DNA of 64,000 nt from Firmicutes bacterium CAG:460 (lineage in GTDB: Bacteria; Bacillota_I; Bacilli_A; RF39; UBA660): NCBI GenBank assembly GCA_000437355.1, contig FR899775.1, forward strand, positions 32,523 through 96,522, given 5' to 3'. Shown piece after piece: positions 46,494-55,311 of this stretch; position 1 is the first letter of the stretch, and each line of letters begins with the position of its first letter. The position numbers were made by a program, and so were the translations under genes. The notes beneath the pieces were generated by a model. It saw only the letters and a list, made by a program, of their open reading frames with translations, searched no databases and was not told the origin of the DNA.

Positions 46494-47906
46494 TTAATAT
46501 TGTCTTCCAATATATAATCTAGTTGTTGCCTTTTCACCACATACAGTACATGGTCCAGTTACTTCTTCATCATCAATTAAACATCTAGATTTAATGCCAA
46601 AATCATCTTTAATTTTATTTTCACAAGATTCATTACCACACCAATTGATTTTAATAAATCCTCCATCTTTTGTTGTAGCTATTTCTCTTAACTCATCATA
46701 AGTTTTAGCATCATAAATCATGCTATCTCTTCTTGCTTTAGCACGTTTGAACATATCACTTTGAATTGTTACAAGTAATTCCTCAACTTTAGGTAAAATT
46801 TCTTCAAAAGGAACAACTATTTTTTCTAAAGTATCTCTTCTAACTAAAGTAACATGATTATTTTCTAAATCTCTTTTACCAAGTTCAATTCTAATTGGAT
46901 ATCCTTTTACTTCAGCTTCAGCAAATTTAAATCCTGGAGTTTTATTGGTTTCATCAACTTTAAATGTAATATTATTTTCTTTTAAAGCATTTTTTAATTC
47001 ATCAAGTTTTTCTGAAACTTCCCCGATAGGTATTATTATAACTTTAAAAGGTGCAATCATCGGAGGTAAAACTAATCCATGGTCATCTCCGTGAGTCATA
47101 ATTATAGCTCCAATCATTCTAGTTGAAACTCCCCAACTAGTTTGATATGGAGTTTTTAAAGTATTATCACTATCAGTAAATTTAATACCAAAAGCTTTAG
47201 CAAAATGATTACCAAAATAATGACTTGTCCCATTTTGAAGAGCGTAACCATTATACATCATAGCTTCCAAAGTATAAGTTTCTTCAGCTCCAGCAAACTT
47301 TTCTTTTTCGGTTTTCTTTCCAGTAATAACAGGTAGTGCTAGATAATCTTCTTGAAAAGTTTTATAAACATTAAACATTCTTAAAGTTTCTTCTCTTGCT
47401 TCTTCGGCAGTTCTATGCATTGTATGACCTTCTTGCCATAATATCTCACGACTTCTAAGAAAAGGTCTTGTTGTTTTTTCCCATCTTACTATTGTACACC
47501 ATTGATTATAAAGAATAGGTAAATCTCTATAAGTATTTATTATTTTTTTATAATGGTCACAGAATAATACTTCACTTGTTGGTCTAACACACATTCTTTC
47601 TTCAAGCTTTTCTTGTCCCCCATATGTAACCCAAGCAACTTCGGGAGCAAATCCTTTAACATGTTCTTTTTCAACATTTAACAAGGATTCTGGAATAAAC
47701 ATTGGCATTTGCACATTTTCATGTCCAGTTTCTTTAAACATTCTATCCATATTCTTTTGTATTTCTTCCCAGATTGCATATCCAAGTGGTCTTATTATCA
47801 TACTTCCTTTTACACTTGAATAATCTACTAAATCAGCTTTTTTACATACATCAGTATACCATTTAGCAAAATCCACATCTCTATTTGTTATATCTTTTAC
47901 TTCCAT
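46494..47906 (-). CDS. proS: Proline--tRNA ligase (archaeal/eukaryote-like type lacking the bacterial insertion domain)
   Basis: 470 aa with N-terminus FAKWYTDVCKKADLVDYSSVKGSMIIRPLGYAIWE, C-terminal cysteines (CGNESC...CTVCG) and a terminal Tyr (YIGRQY). Confidence 0.9.
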   Translation of the reverse strand: MEVKDITNRDVDFAKWYTDVCKKADLVDYSSVKGSMIIRPLGYAIWEEIQKNMDRMFKETGHENVQMPMFIPESLLNVEKEHVKGFAPEVAWVTYGGQEKLEERMCVRPTSEVLFCDHYKKIINTYRDLPILYNQWCTIVRWEKTTRPFLRSREILWQEGHTMHRTAEEAREETLRMFNVYKTFQEDYLALPVITGKKTEKEKFAGAEETYTLEAMMYNGYALQNGTSHYFGNHFAKAFGIKFTDSDNTLKTPYQTSWGVSTRMIGAIIMTHGDDHGLVLPPMIAPFKVIIIPIGEVSEKLDELKNALKENNITFKVDETNKTPGFKFAEAEVKGYPIRIELGKRDLENNHVTLVRRDTLEKIVVPFEEILPKVEELLVTIQSDMFKRAKARRDSMIYDAKTYDELREIATTKDGGFIKINWCGNESCENKIKDDFGIKSRCLIDDEEVTGPCTVCGEKATTRLYIGRQY

Positions 47907-47915
47907 ATTCTCACC

Positions 47916-48134
47916 TTATTCTGCATTAAATTCTTTTAATTCATTATCTTCAGTTAATATTTTATTAACTTTTTTAGTAGCATCATTTAATTTTTCGCCA
48001 CAATATTTAGCTAATTTCATAGCTTCTGTATATTTATTAATTGCATCATCTAAATTAACATTACCACTTTCTAATTCTTTTACAATTGTTTCTAATTCTT
48101 GTAAAGATTCTTCAAAATTTTTATTTTCTTCCAT
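47916..48134 (-). CDS. xseB: Exodeoxyribonuclease VII small subunit
   Basis: 72 aa; FEESLQELETIVKELESGNVNLDDAINKYTEAMKL is the XseB signature. Confidence 0.85.
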   Translation of the reverse strand: MEENKNFEESLQELETIVKELESGNVNLDDAINKYTEAMKLAKYCGEKLNDATKKVNKILTEDNELKEFNAE

Positions 48135-48166
48135 AATTTATTTCCTTTCTTTATTTATTATACCAA

Positions 48167-48703
48167 TTATTTTAAATTAATCCAATACCTATTTAATGGT
48201 TCATTATTCCACATAACAGTATTTTCTAATACTCCACCTTCTGAAATAATTGTTTTATTACTTAAAGTATTTGTTTTATCTGCAGTTATTAAATACTTTT
48301 CTATTCCTAAATCTTTAGCAATTTCTAAAGCCATCTTAAGTTGTAGCTTTCCATAACCTTTACCACGTTCACTCGGAGTAACTGAATAACCGATATGACC
48401 TCCAAAATTAAATAAAAATTCATTTAATTCATGTCTAATACTTATAGAACCACATACTTTATTATCACTCATTCTTTTTAAAAATAATGTTGTGCACGGA
48501 ACATAACCATCTCTTAAATCTATACCATTTTTTTCATTTGCTTTTTCTTTAACCCAATCTTCATAAGATGTTGCCTCTTCCAAATTAGCAAGGCCTGAAT
48601 ATTGCCATGGAAGCCCAGCATCAACAGCTTTAATTTCATCAAGCATTAAAAGAGCACTTTTTTTATCATTATTATCTGGTATAACTAACTTTAAATCATT
48701 CAT
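48167..48703 (-). CDS. GNAT-family N-acetyltransferase
   Basis: 178 aa. The acetyl-CoA-binding motif RGKGYGKLQLKMALEIAK and overall layout resemble the COG3981-type predicted acetyltransferases. Confidence 0.75.
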   Translation of the reverse strand: MNDLKLVIPDNNDKKSALLMLDEIKAVDAGLPWQYSGLANLEEATSYEDWVKEKANEKNGIDLRDGYVPCTTLFLKRMSDNKVCGSISIRHELNEFLFNFGGHIGYSVTPSERGKGYGKLQLKMALEIAKDLGIEKYLITADKTNTLSNKTIISEGGVLENTVMWNNEPLNRYWINLK

Positions 48704-48705
48704 TT

Positions 48706-49515
48706 TTATCTTCCTTCCTTTTTTATGAGACCTTTATCTTTTAATAAATCTCCAATTAATTCATAGTTTCTTCTAAAAAGTTCCATATTATAATCTTTAT
48801 CATGATTAATAATCCCCGTAGATTTTTCTTTTTCTAAAATATTAGAATATACAACCTCTGGAGCAAGTTTATTATAAAAATCAACTACTAATTTGCAAAA
48901 ATAATTTGATGATGTTGTTAAAAAATATTCTAATAGTTCCATGTTTTGTTTCATTCCAATTGTTGCTTTTGGATTTCTTATTATCCTTGTACCATTTCTT
49001 AAAAAGTCTCTTTTATCATACTTAGGACTTAATTCAACTCTAAAAACAGATTCAAATATAGATTCATTATCAAATATATAAATTTTAGGTTTCCCATTTT
49101 CTTCTACAATTGCATAATTACCAGCATGTCTATCTCCATTAAGCATAAATATATCAAAAATAAATACTTTTACTAAATCAAATATTAAATCTTTACATTC
49201 TTTGGGATATTCTTTTTCTACTACATACCACAAATTATATATAGTATTAGAAAAGTAATCTATTCCAATTAAATCTTTTCCACTTTTAAAACTTCCTAAA
49301 TTATTAAAACTATAACTTAAATAATATAAGTCTTTATTTACTCTAACAATGTGATAAAGGGGACAATTAATACCTACAATATTTGCTAATCTATATGCTA
49401 ATATTTCATTACAATCATTTTTAGCAATTTTACAGAAATATTCAATACCATCTAAATTAACATAATCATGTTCTTTAGATACTATCTCTTCTTTCTGTTT
49501 TTCAGTTAGTTTCAT
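48706..49515 (-). CDS. HipA / PI3-PI4-kinase-like catalytic-loop protein (paralog 2)
   Basis: FDIFMLNGDRHAGNYAI is a D-x-H-x-x-N catalytic loop, followed by IYIFDNE, a metal-binding Asp candidate. At 269 aa it has no HipA N-domain. It is paralogous to 51416..52228. Confidence 0.55.
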   Translation of the reverse strand: MKLTEKQKEEIVSKEHDYVNLDGIEYFCKIAKNDCNEILAYRLANIVGINCPLYHIVRVNKDLYYLSYSFNNLGSFKSGKDLIGIDYFSNTIYNLWYVVEKEYPKECKDLIFDLVKVFIFDIFMLNGDRHAGNYAIVEENGKPKIYIFDNESIFESVFRVELSPKYDKRDFLRNGTRIIRNPKATIGMKQNMELLEYFLTTSSNYFCKLVVDFYNKLAPEVVYSNILEKEKSTGIINHDKDYNMELFRRNYELIGDLLKDKGLIKKEGR

Positions 49516-49528
49516 ATTTATCCCTTCT

Positions 49529-50179
49529 TTATTTATTACTAATTAATTTATTCTTACTTTCTTTTTCTAACGTTTTTAAACTTTTTTCTGGTGTTGGAAA
49601 CTCTTCAGGCATCGTACCACCGATATCAGAAATAGCTTTTCTTACTTTTTTACCGACTTCATAATGAACATCATTTGCTTTAGTTTCACCTTTTACATTA
49701 TCCCTTTTTAGTTTTTGTTCTGTTTGAGATATTCTAAACAAATTAGCTATAAGTTCATCACTACCCATGTTATCTAAGATATCTTCTCTATATCTTAAAC
49801 CTTTTCTCTTTGCTATATCATTAGCAGTTTCACCATTATATAATCCCTTATAACCAGAATTATGAAATCTATCAAAGTTTTTAACTCCAGCATCTTTTGC
49901 AGCTTGATTTAAAGAATAGTTTCCTTTTTTAGTTAAATTTCTTTGATAAAACCTTTTCTCGTCTTCTGTTAAACTAGAATATTCTCTTTCAGTAATTTCC
50001 ATTTTTCTAGTTTGAAACGCAAAGTATGTTTGAGCAAGAGCTATCGTTTTCTTTCTACTATCACCATTCTGAGCAATTAAGTAACATGCATAACGGGATA
50101 ATTTATAATCAGAAATATTTCTGGAAGTTTTTGATCCTATGTTGACCATTTTCCCCACTTGGGGAAAATGGTCTAACAA
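49529..50179 (-). pseudogene. dinD: DinD-like (DNA-damage-inducible protein D family) gene, apparently 5'-truncated
   Basis: LSRYACYLIAQNGDSRKKTIALAQTYFAFQTRKME...LIANLFRISQTEQKLKRD...GGTMPEEFPTP matches the DinD family as I remember it. The N-terminal roughly 60 residues of that family are missing. The frame begins at a TTG 2 nt after the xseA stop with no RBS. Confidence 0.55.
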
Positions 50180-50181
50180 AC

Positions 50182-51444
50182 TTATTTTTCTACAACTTTA
50201 GCTTTAATATTACCTTCATGTAATTTAACATTAATAATATCATCGATATTAACATCAGTACTTGATTTTATAACTTTATCATTAATTGTTGCCAACGAAT
50301 ATCCTTTTTCTAAAATACCCAACGGATTAACAAGTTTTAATGTATTAATTAAAAGATTATATTCATTTTTCTTCTTATCAATTAAACTCATTGGATTTTG
50401 CATAACGTAAGACATCTTTATTTTATTTAATTTAATCTCATTATTTTGTAATATAACTTTTATATCTTTATTTAAATTATCCAGTAAAACATCTAATTTT
50501 TGTTCTTTTATTTCATACATACTCATTGGATTTTTTAAAACAAAACTATTTTTTAAACTTCTCCATTTAATGAATTTAGTATTAACCATATTTTTAATAT
50601 TTTTATTAAGACGAATTTTGTAATTATTTAAAAGGGTATTAATATCAATAACAGTTGGAACAGCCATTTCTGCAGCTCCAGTTGGAGTGGGGGCTCTTAA
50701 ATCTGCCACGAAATCAGCAATTGTCCAGTCAATTTCATGACCAACAGCACTTATAATCGGTGTTCCACATTCATATATTGCATGAGCAACAATTTCTTCA
50801 TTAAAAGCCCATAAATCTTCAATAGAACCACCACCACGGCCCACAATAATTGTATCAACTCCATAAGCATCAGCTCTTTTTATTTGTCTTACAATATCTG
50901 GAGCAGCATCTCTTCCTTGCACTAAACATGGAAACAAAATAGCTTCACAAATTGGATATCTTCTTCTAATAGTACTCATAATATCTCTAACGGCAGCTCC
51001 AGTTGATGCTGTTATAACTCCAATTTTCTCAGGAAATCTAGGAATAGCTTTTTTATGGGTTTCATCAAATAAACCAACGCTTGCAAGTTTCTTTTTTAAT
51101 TTTTCATATTCAATATATAAAGCCCCTAAACCATCTGGTTCCATTTTTTCAATATAAATTTGATATGACCCTTGAGAAGGATAAGCGCTAATTCTTCCCT
51201 CTACTAAAACATTCATTCCATCCTCAGGAACAAAAGATAATTTTATTGCACTACTTTGAAACATTACTGCACTTATTCTAGAAGTATCATCTTTTAAAGT
51301 GAAATATAAATGCCCTCTAGTATGATTTTTAAAATTACTTATTTCTCCTTTTAAATATACTTTATTTAAAAATATATCATCATCTAATTTTCTTTTAATA
51401 TAATTATTTAAATCGCTAATTTTTAGATATTCTTTGTCCATCAA
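50182..51444 (-). CDS. xseA: Exodeoxyribonuclease VII large subunit
   Basis: N-terminal OB fold (VYLKGEISNFKNHTRGHLYFTLKD), the catalytic core GVITASTGAAVRD...IVGRGGGSIEDLWAFNEE, and a C-terminal coiled coil. Confidence 0.9.
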   Translation of the reverse strand: MMDKEYLKISDLNNYIKRKLDDDIFLNKVYLKGEISNFKNHTRGHLYFTLKDDTSRISAVMFQSSAIKLSFVPEDGMNVLVEGRISAYPSQGSYQIYIEKMEPDGLGALYIEYEKLKKKLASVGLFDETHKKAIPRFPEKIGVITASTGAAVRDIMSTIRRRYPICEAILFPCLVQGRDAAPDIVRQIKRADAYGVDTIIVGRGGGSIEDLWAFNEEIVAHAIYECGTPIISAVGHEIDWTIADFVADLRAPTPTGAAEMAVPTVIDINTLLNNYKIRLNKNIKNMVNTKFIKWRSLKNSFVLKNPMSMYEIKEQKLDVLLDNLNKDIKVILQNNEIKLNKIKMSYVMQNPMSLIDKKKNEYNLLINTLKLVNPLGILEKGYSLATINDKVIKSSTDVNIDDIINVKLHEGNIKAKVVEK

Positions 51445-52228
51445 TAAGTCCCCTTTCTACTAATAATTTTCCAATTAAATTATAATTCATTTTATATAAA
51501 ACAAGATAATAATCTCTTTCAACTTTATCTAAAACTATACCATCTTGTTCATATTTACTAAACACTGACAAGACATATTCAGGTGTTAATTTTTGATAAA
51601 AATCCACCACTAAATCACTATATTCACTAGAAGATGTCCCCATAAAATATTCTAAGCCTTCTAAGTTTCTTTCTACATTAAGAGGTGTATGATTATTTAA
51701 TATATCTTTATAATAAGACTTTTTCAAACGTTCTTCATACCCAATTTTGGCTCTTAAATCTGCTTCATAAGTACTAAAAACAAATTCATTATCTAAAATA
51801 TAAAGATAAGCTTTTCCATCACTTTCTAAAATACCAATATTACCTAAGTTTCTATCTCCATTTAATAAAAATATATCATATAAAAACACTTTTACTAAAT
51901 CATTTACTAAATGTCTACTAAATTTTGGATACTTTTTCTCAAGAAAAACCCAAATATCATACAAACTATTTGAATTAAAGCCAAGTTCTTGACCATTTTT
52001 AAAAGTTCCAAAATTATTTAAACTTAAACTTAAATAATATGCATCATCACTAGTTTTTATAAAATAATCTTTAACACAATTAATATTTAAATATGAAGCA
52101 ATTTCATTAGCAACTAACTGAAGTCCTTCGTCTACAGAACTTTTTACATAATATTCAGTACCATTAATAGTAACAAAACCATCTACATATCTAGTAATTT
52201 TTTCAATATCTTCTAAAGTTAAGTTCAT
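51416..52228 (-). CDS. HipA / PI3-PI4-kinase-like catalytic-loop protein (paralog 1)
   Basis: YDIFLLNGDRNLGNIGI and LYILDNE. It shares DLVKVF-DIF-LNGDR, LEYF--TSS, LVVDFY-KL-PE and NY-LIG-LL with paralog 2. It starts 2 nt after the nusB stop and overlaps xseA by 29 nt. Confidence 0.55.
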   Translation of the reverse strand: MNLTLEDIEKITRYVDGFVTINGTEYYVKSSVDEGLQLVANEIASYLNINCVKDYFIKTSDDAYYLSLSLNNFGTFKNGQELGFNSNSLYDIWVFLEKKYPKFSRHLVNDLVKVFLYDIFLLNGDRNLGNIGILESDGKAYLYILDNEFVFSTYEADLRAKIGYEERLKKSYYKDILNNHTPLNVERNLEGLEYFMGTSSSEYSDLVVDFYQKLTPEYVLSVFSKYEQDGIVLDKVERDYYLVLYKMNYNLIGKLLVERGLIDGQRISKN

Positions 52229-52230
52229 AA

Positions 52231-52626
52231 TTACTCTTTAATATATTTATCTAAGACAGCATTAATAATTTTTCTAACAGCTTCATCACAATACTTCTTA
52301 GCAAGTTCAACAGCTTCATTAATTACAACAATTTCTGGTGTATCAGTAAACTTAAGTTCATATAATCCCATTCTAAGAATAGCAGCTCCAGTTTTATCAA
52401 TTCTATCAATTGTCCATCCATCAATATATTTATTAGCAATTCTATCTAATTCATCTTTATATGTAGTAACACCATAAACAATACTTTTAACAAAGTCATT
52501 ATCAACATTTAAATTTTCTTTAATAACATCATCAAGATTAAACGGGACACATCTACTCTCATAAATATCAATTTGATATAAAATAACCATAATTACATTT
52601 CTTAATTCACTTCTAGATTTTGCCAT
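52231..52626 (-). CDS. nusB: Transcription antitermination factor NusB
   Basis: 131 aa with RSELRNVIMVILYQ... and AILRMGLYEL... motifs. Confidence 0.85.
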   Translation of the reverse strand: MAKSRSELRNVIMVILYQIDIYESRCVPFNLDDVIKENLNVDNDFVKSIVYGVTTYKDELDRIANKYIDGWTIDRIDKTGAAILRMGLYELKFTDTPEIVVINEAVELAKKYCDEAVRKIINAVLDKYIKE

Positions 52627-52677
52627 AATTCTTCTCCTCGTTAAATAATTATATCAAATTTTTAACTAAATGCCTAG

Positions 52678-53178
52678 CTATTTTATTAAACTTCCTTCAA
52701 TAATTAATTGATATCCTTTCTTTACTTGATTACAAGTTGTAAGTATCACTTGATTTTTTTCATTTTTTATATTTATTTTGCCATTTTTGATTTCATTTCT
52801 AATATTTACAACTTCATAATTCATTATATTACCATCAATAATTAAAGTAATTTTATCACCCACAGATAGATACCTCAAATCATTAAAGTATGCAAGAGGT
52901 CCACTACCAGAATGAGCAGCTAAAAGATAAGTATTATTAATGCCAGTATCTATTAAAGTTACATTTTCTCCTACATTATTTTTTTCATTATCAACATTGT
53001 AAAAACCCAATTTCATATTAACTTTAGGTATAACTAAATAACCATAATACTCCAAATTATTTACATCAATAAACTCACTTTCAACTACATCACTATTACA
53101 TCCACAAAGACACATTAATAACAATATTATAATTATATTTTTCACCAGTTTTATAAGAATAACTTCTAATATCATCAT
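52678..53178 (-). CDS. Sortase-like transpeptidase
   Basis: LLAAHSG (catalytic His), VGDKITL and VILTTCN (catalytic Cys). The position where the catalytic Arg is expected after TxTC reads YQLII. The N-terminus has a lipobox-like LCGC. Confidence 0.65.
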   Translation of the reverse strand: MMILEVILIKLVKNIIIILLLMCLCGCNSDVVESEFIDVNNLEYYGYLVIPKVNMKLGFYNVDNEKNNVGENVTLIDTGINNTYLLAAHSGSGPLAYFNDLRYLSVGDKITLIIDGNIMNYEVVNIRNEIKNGKINIKNEKNQVILTTCNQVKKGYQLIIEGSLIK

Positions 53179-53438
53179 TCAAGTACAAATACCCCCTTAC
53201 TTGTATCAACTTCTACATTATTATTAAATAATCTTACTTCATAATTTGGATTTACATATTCTAAAATCATTTTTTGAATAACATTATTTTTCATCTCATC
53301 ATATGGATTTGCTAAATTTGCTATTAACCATTTATCAAACTCATCAACTTCATCCTCCTTTCTTACTTCTAATTTCATGGCATCAACACTTACTATGTTA
53401 GCGACAAATACTACTAAAACAACTACGATTTTTTTCAT
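53175..53438 (-). CDS. Small secreted hypothetical protein (87 aa)
   Basis: Signal peptide MKKIVVVLVVFVANIVSVDA. It overlaps the sortase-like gene by 4 nt. Confidence 0.5.
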   Translation of the reverse strand: MKKIVVVLVVFVANIVSVDAMKLEVRKEDEVDEFDKWLIANLANPYDEMKNNVIQKMILEYVNPNYEVRLFNNNVEVDTSKGVFVLE

Positions 53439-53502
53439 AAAATCATCTCCTTCGCCAACTAATCTAACATTTAAAAACCTAAATGTACATAGGAGATTTT
53501 GT

Positions 53503-53531
53503 CAAAAAAAGAAGGATTTTCATCCTTCTTG
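53503..53531. terminator. Bidirectional intrinsic terminator
   Basis: AAGAAGGAT-tttc-ATCCTTCTT, flanked by a run of A on one side and T-rich sequence on the other. Confidence 0.55.
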
Positions 53532-53553
53532 TCGATTTTTGTTGAAAGTTTTA

Positions 53554-53664
53554 TTATTTAGCTTTCTTTTTAGTATTTTTATTTATTAATCTTACCTTTA
53601 CACCTTTATATAAAGCAAATTGTTTTTTAACACCTTCAGGTAGATTTTTCTTAAATGTTTTCAT
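53554..53664 (-). CDS. Unannotated small basic protein (36 aa)
   Basis: On the minus strand: TTGCTA, an 18-nt spacer, TGtTATAAT, then RBS GAGGTG and, 5 nt later, an ATG. It reads MKTFKKNLPEGVKKQFALYKGVKVRLINKNTKKKAK and stops at 53556-53554, and a terminator follows. It is below the length cutoff of the ORF track. Confidence 0.5.
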   Translation of the reverse strand: MKTFKKNLPEGVKKQFALYKGVKVRLINKNTKKKAK

Positions 53665-53748
53665 TCTCGCACCTCACTTCTTTCTTAAAGATTATAACAC
53701 AATATATTATTTATTAGCAATATTTTACAAGCTATTTTTATAAATATT

Positions 53749-55311
53749 TTACTTAACCCCACTATACTTTTTATAAATACTTTCAAAAACTTTTAAACCA
53801 TCCATCGCACTAGTGGTAATACCTCCAGCAAAACCAGCCCCTTCACCGCAAGGATAAATACCTTTTATATTAGAATTAAATTCATCATCTCTATTTATTC
53901 TAACTGGACTACTAGTTCTTGCCTCCGGCGCAGCTAAAATAGCATCATTACTATTAAAACCATTTATCTTATTATTAAAATAATCTATCCCTTCTTTTAA
54001 ACTTTCGTTTATAAAATCAGGAAAAATATCATTTAAATTACCACAACAAGTTTTACCTTTAAAAGCATCAATATTTAAATTATTAGAAACAACATTATTT
54101 TTATAATCTCCATATTTTTGTACTGGAATTAAACCATTACCAACTTCATAAGCTTTACTTTCTAACTTTTCTTGAAAATACATACCATCTAAAATATTTT
54201 TGCCATAATCATCTGGACCAACAGTTACAACAATTGCACTATTTGCATATTTTGTTTCTCTTTTATAATTACTCATACCATTTACACAAATACCATTATT
54301 TGTACTTCTAGCATTAACCACAAAGCCACCTGGACACATACAAAAGCTATATACACCACGTCCTGTTTTACTCTTATAAGTTAATTTATATGATGCCGGC
54401 GGTAAAAAAGGATAGTTAACTGGATATTGATTTTCATTTATAACCTCTTGAGGATGAATTATTCTAACACCAACTGCAAATGGTTTTGGTTCCATAAATA
54501 TCTTTTTTTCATTTAACATTTTAAATGTATCTCTAGCAGAATGACCAATTGCAAGTATTAAGATATCTGTATCTATTTGCTTTTCATTTACAACAATAGA
54601 TTTTATTTTATTATCTTTATAAATTATATCTTGAAATAAGGAATTATAATGAATTTCTCCCCCAAAAGAGATAATCTTTTTTCTTAAATTTACAATAACC
54701 TGCCTTAATATATCAGTTCCAATATGAGGTTTATTATCATACATTATATCCTTCGGAGCACCACATTCTACAAATATTTTAAATATTTCTCTCATTCTAT
54801 TTTCTTTATCTTTAACTAATGTATTTAACTTACCATCACTAAATGTACCTGCTCCACCTTCACCAAATTGCACATTACTATTTAATTTAAAATTATTATT
54901 TTGCCATAAATCTTCAACAGTTTTTATTCTATCTTCAATTTTTTCTCCTCGCTCAAATATAATTGGTTTATAACCATTTTTAGCTAAGAAATAAGCAGCA
55001 AATAGACCCGCTGGACCAGTTCCAATTATTATTGGTCTTTTATCAAGGACTACATTACCTCTCTTTGGTAAAACATAATCTTCATTTTCAACCTTCACAA
55101 CATCATTTCTTAAGTATTTTTCTTCATTACTTATTTTTACATCTAAATCAAAAAAGTATGCAAACATCATTTTACTTCTAGCATCAATAGATTTTTTATG
55201 TATAATTACTTCATCAATTTGTTCTTTAGAAACACGTAACTTCTTACTAGCAAGTTCATAAATATCAATATTCTCTTTAATTTCTGTTCTAATATTTTTA
55301 ATTCTAATCAT
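53749..55311 (-). CDS. FAD-dependent oxidoreductase (COG2509-like)
   Basis: Dinucleotide-binding motif IIIGTGPAGLFAAYFLAKNGYKPIIFERG. ATG 55311 lies 5 nt after AGGTGG. Confidence 0.8.
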   Translation of the reverse strand: MIRIKNIRTEIKENIDIYELASKKLRVSKEQIDEVIIHKKSIDARSKMMFAYFFDLDVKISNEEKYLRNDVVKVENEDYVLPKRGNVVLDKRPIIIGTGPAGLFAAYFLAKNGYKPIIFERGEKIEDRIKTVEDLWQNNNFKLNSNVQFGEGGAGTFSDGKLNTLVKDKENRMREIFKIFVECGAPKDIMYDNKPHIGTDILRQVIVNLRKKIISFGGEIHYNSLFQDIIYKDNKIKSIVVNEKQIDTDILILAIGHSARDTFKMLNEKKIFMEPKPFAVGVRIIHPQEVINENQYPVNYPFLPPASYKLTYKSKTGRGVYSFCMCPGGFVVNARSTNNGICVNGMSNYKRETKYANSAIVVTVGPDDYGKNILDGMYFQEKLESKAYEVGNGLIPVQKYGDYKNNVVSNNLNIDAFKGKTCCGNLNDIFPDFINESLKEGIDYFNNKINGFNSNDAILAAPEARTSSPVRINRDDEFNSNIKGIYPCGEGAGFAGGITTSAMDGLKVFESIYKKYSGVK

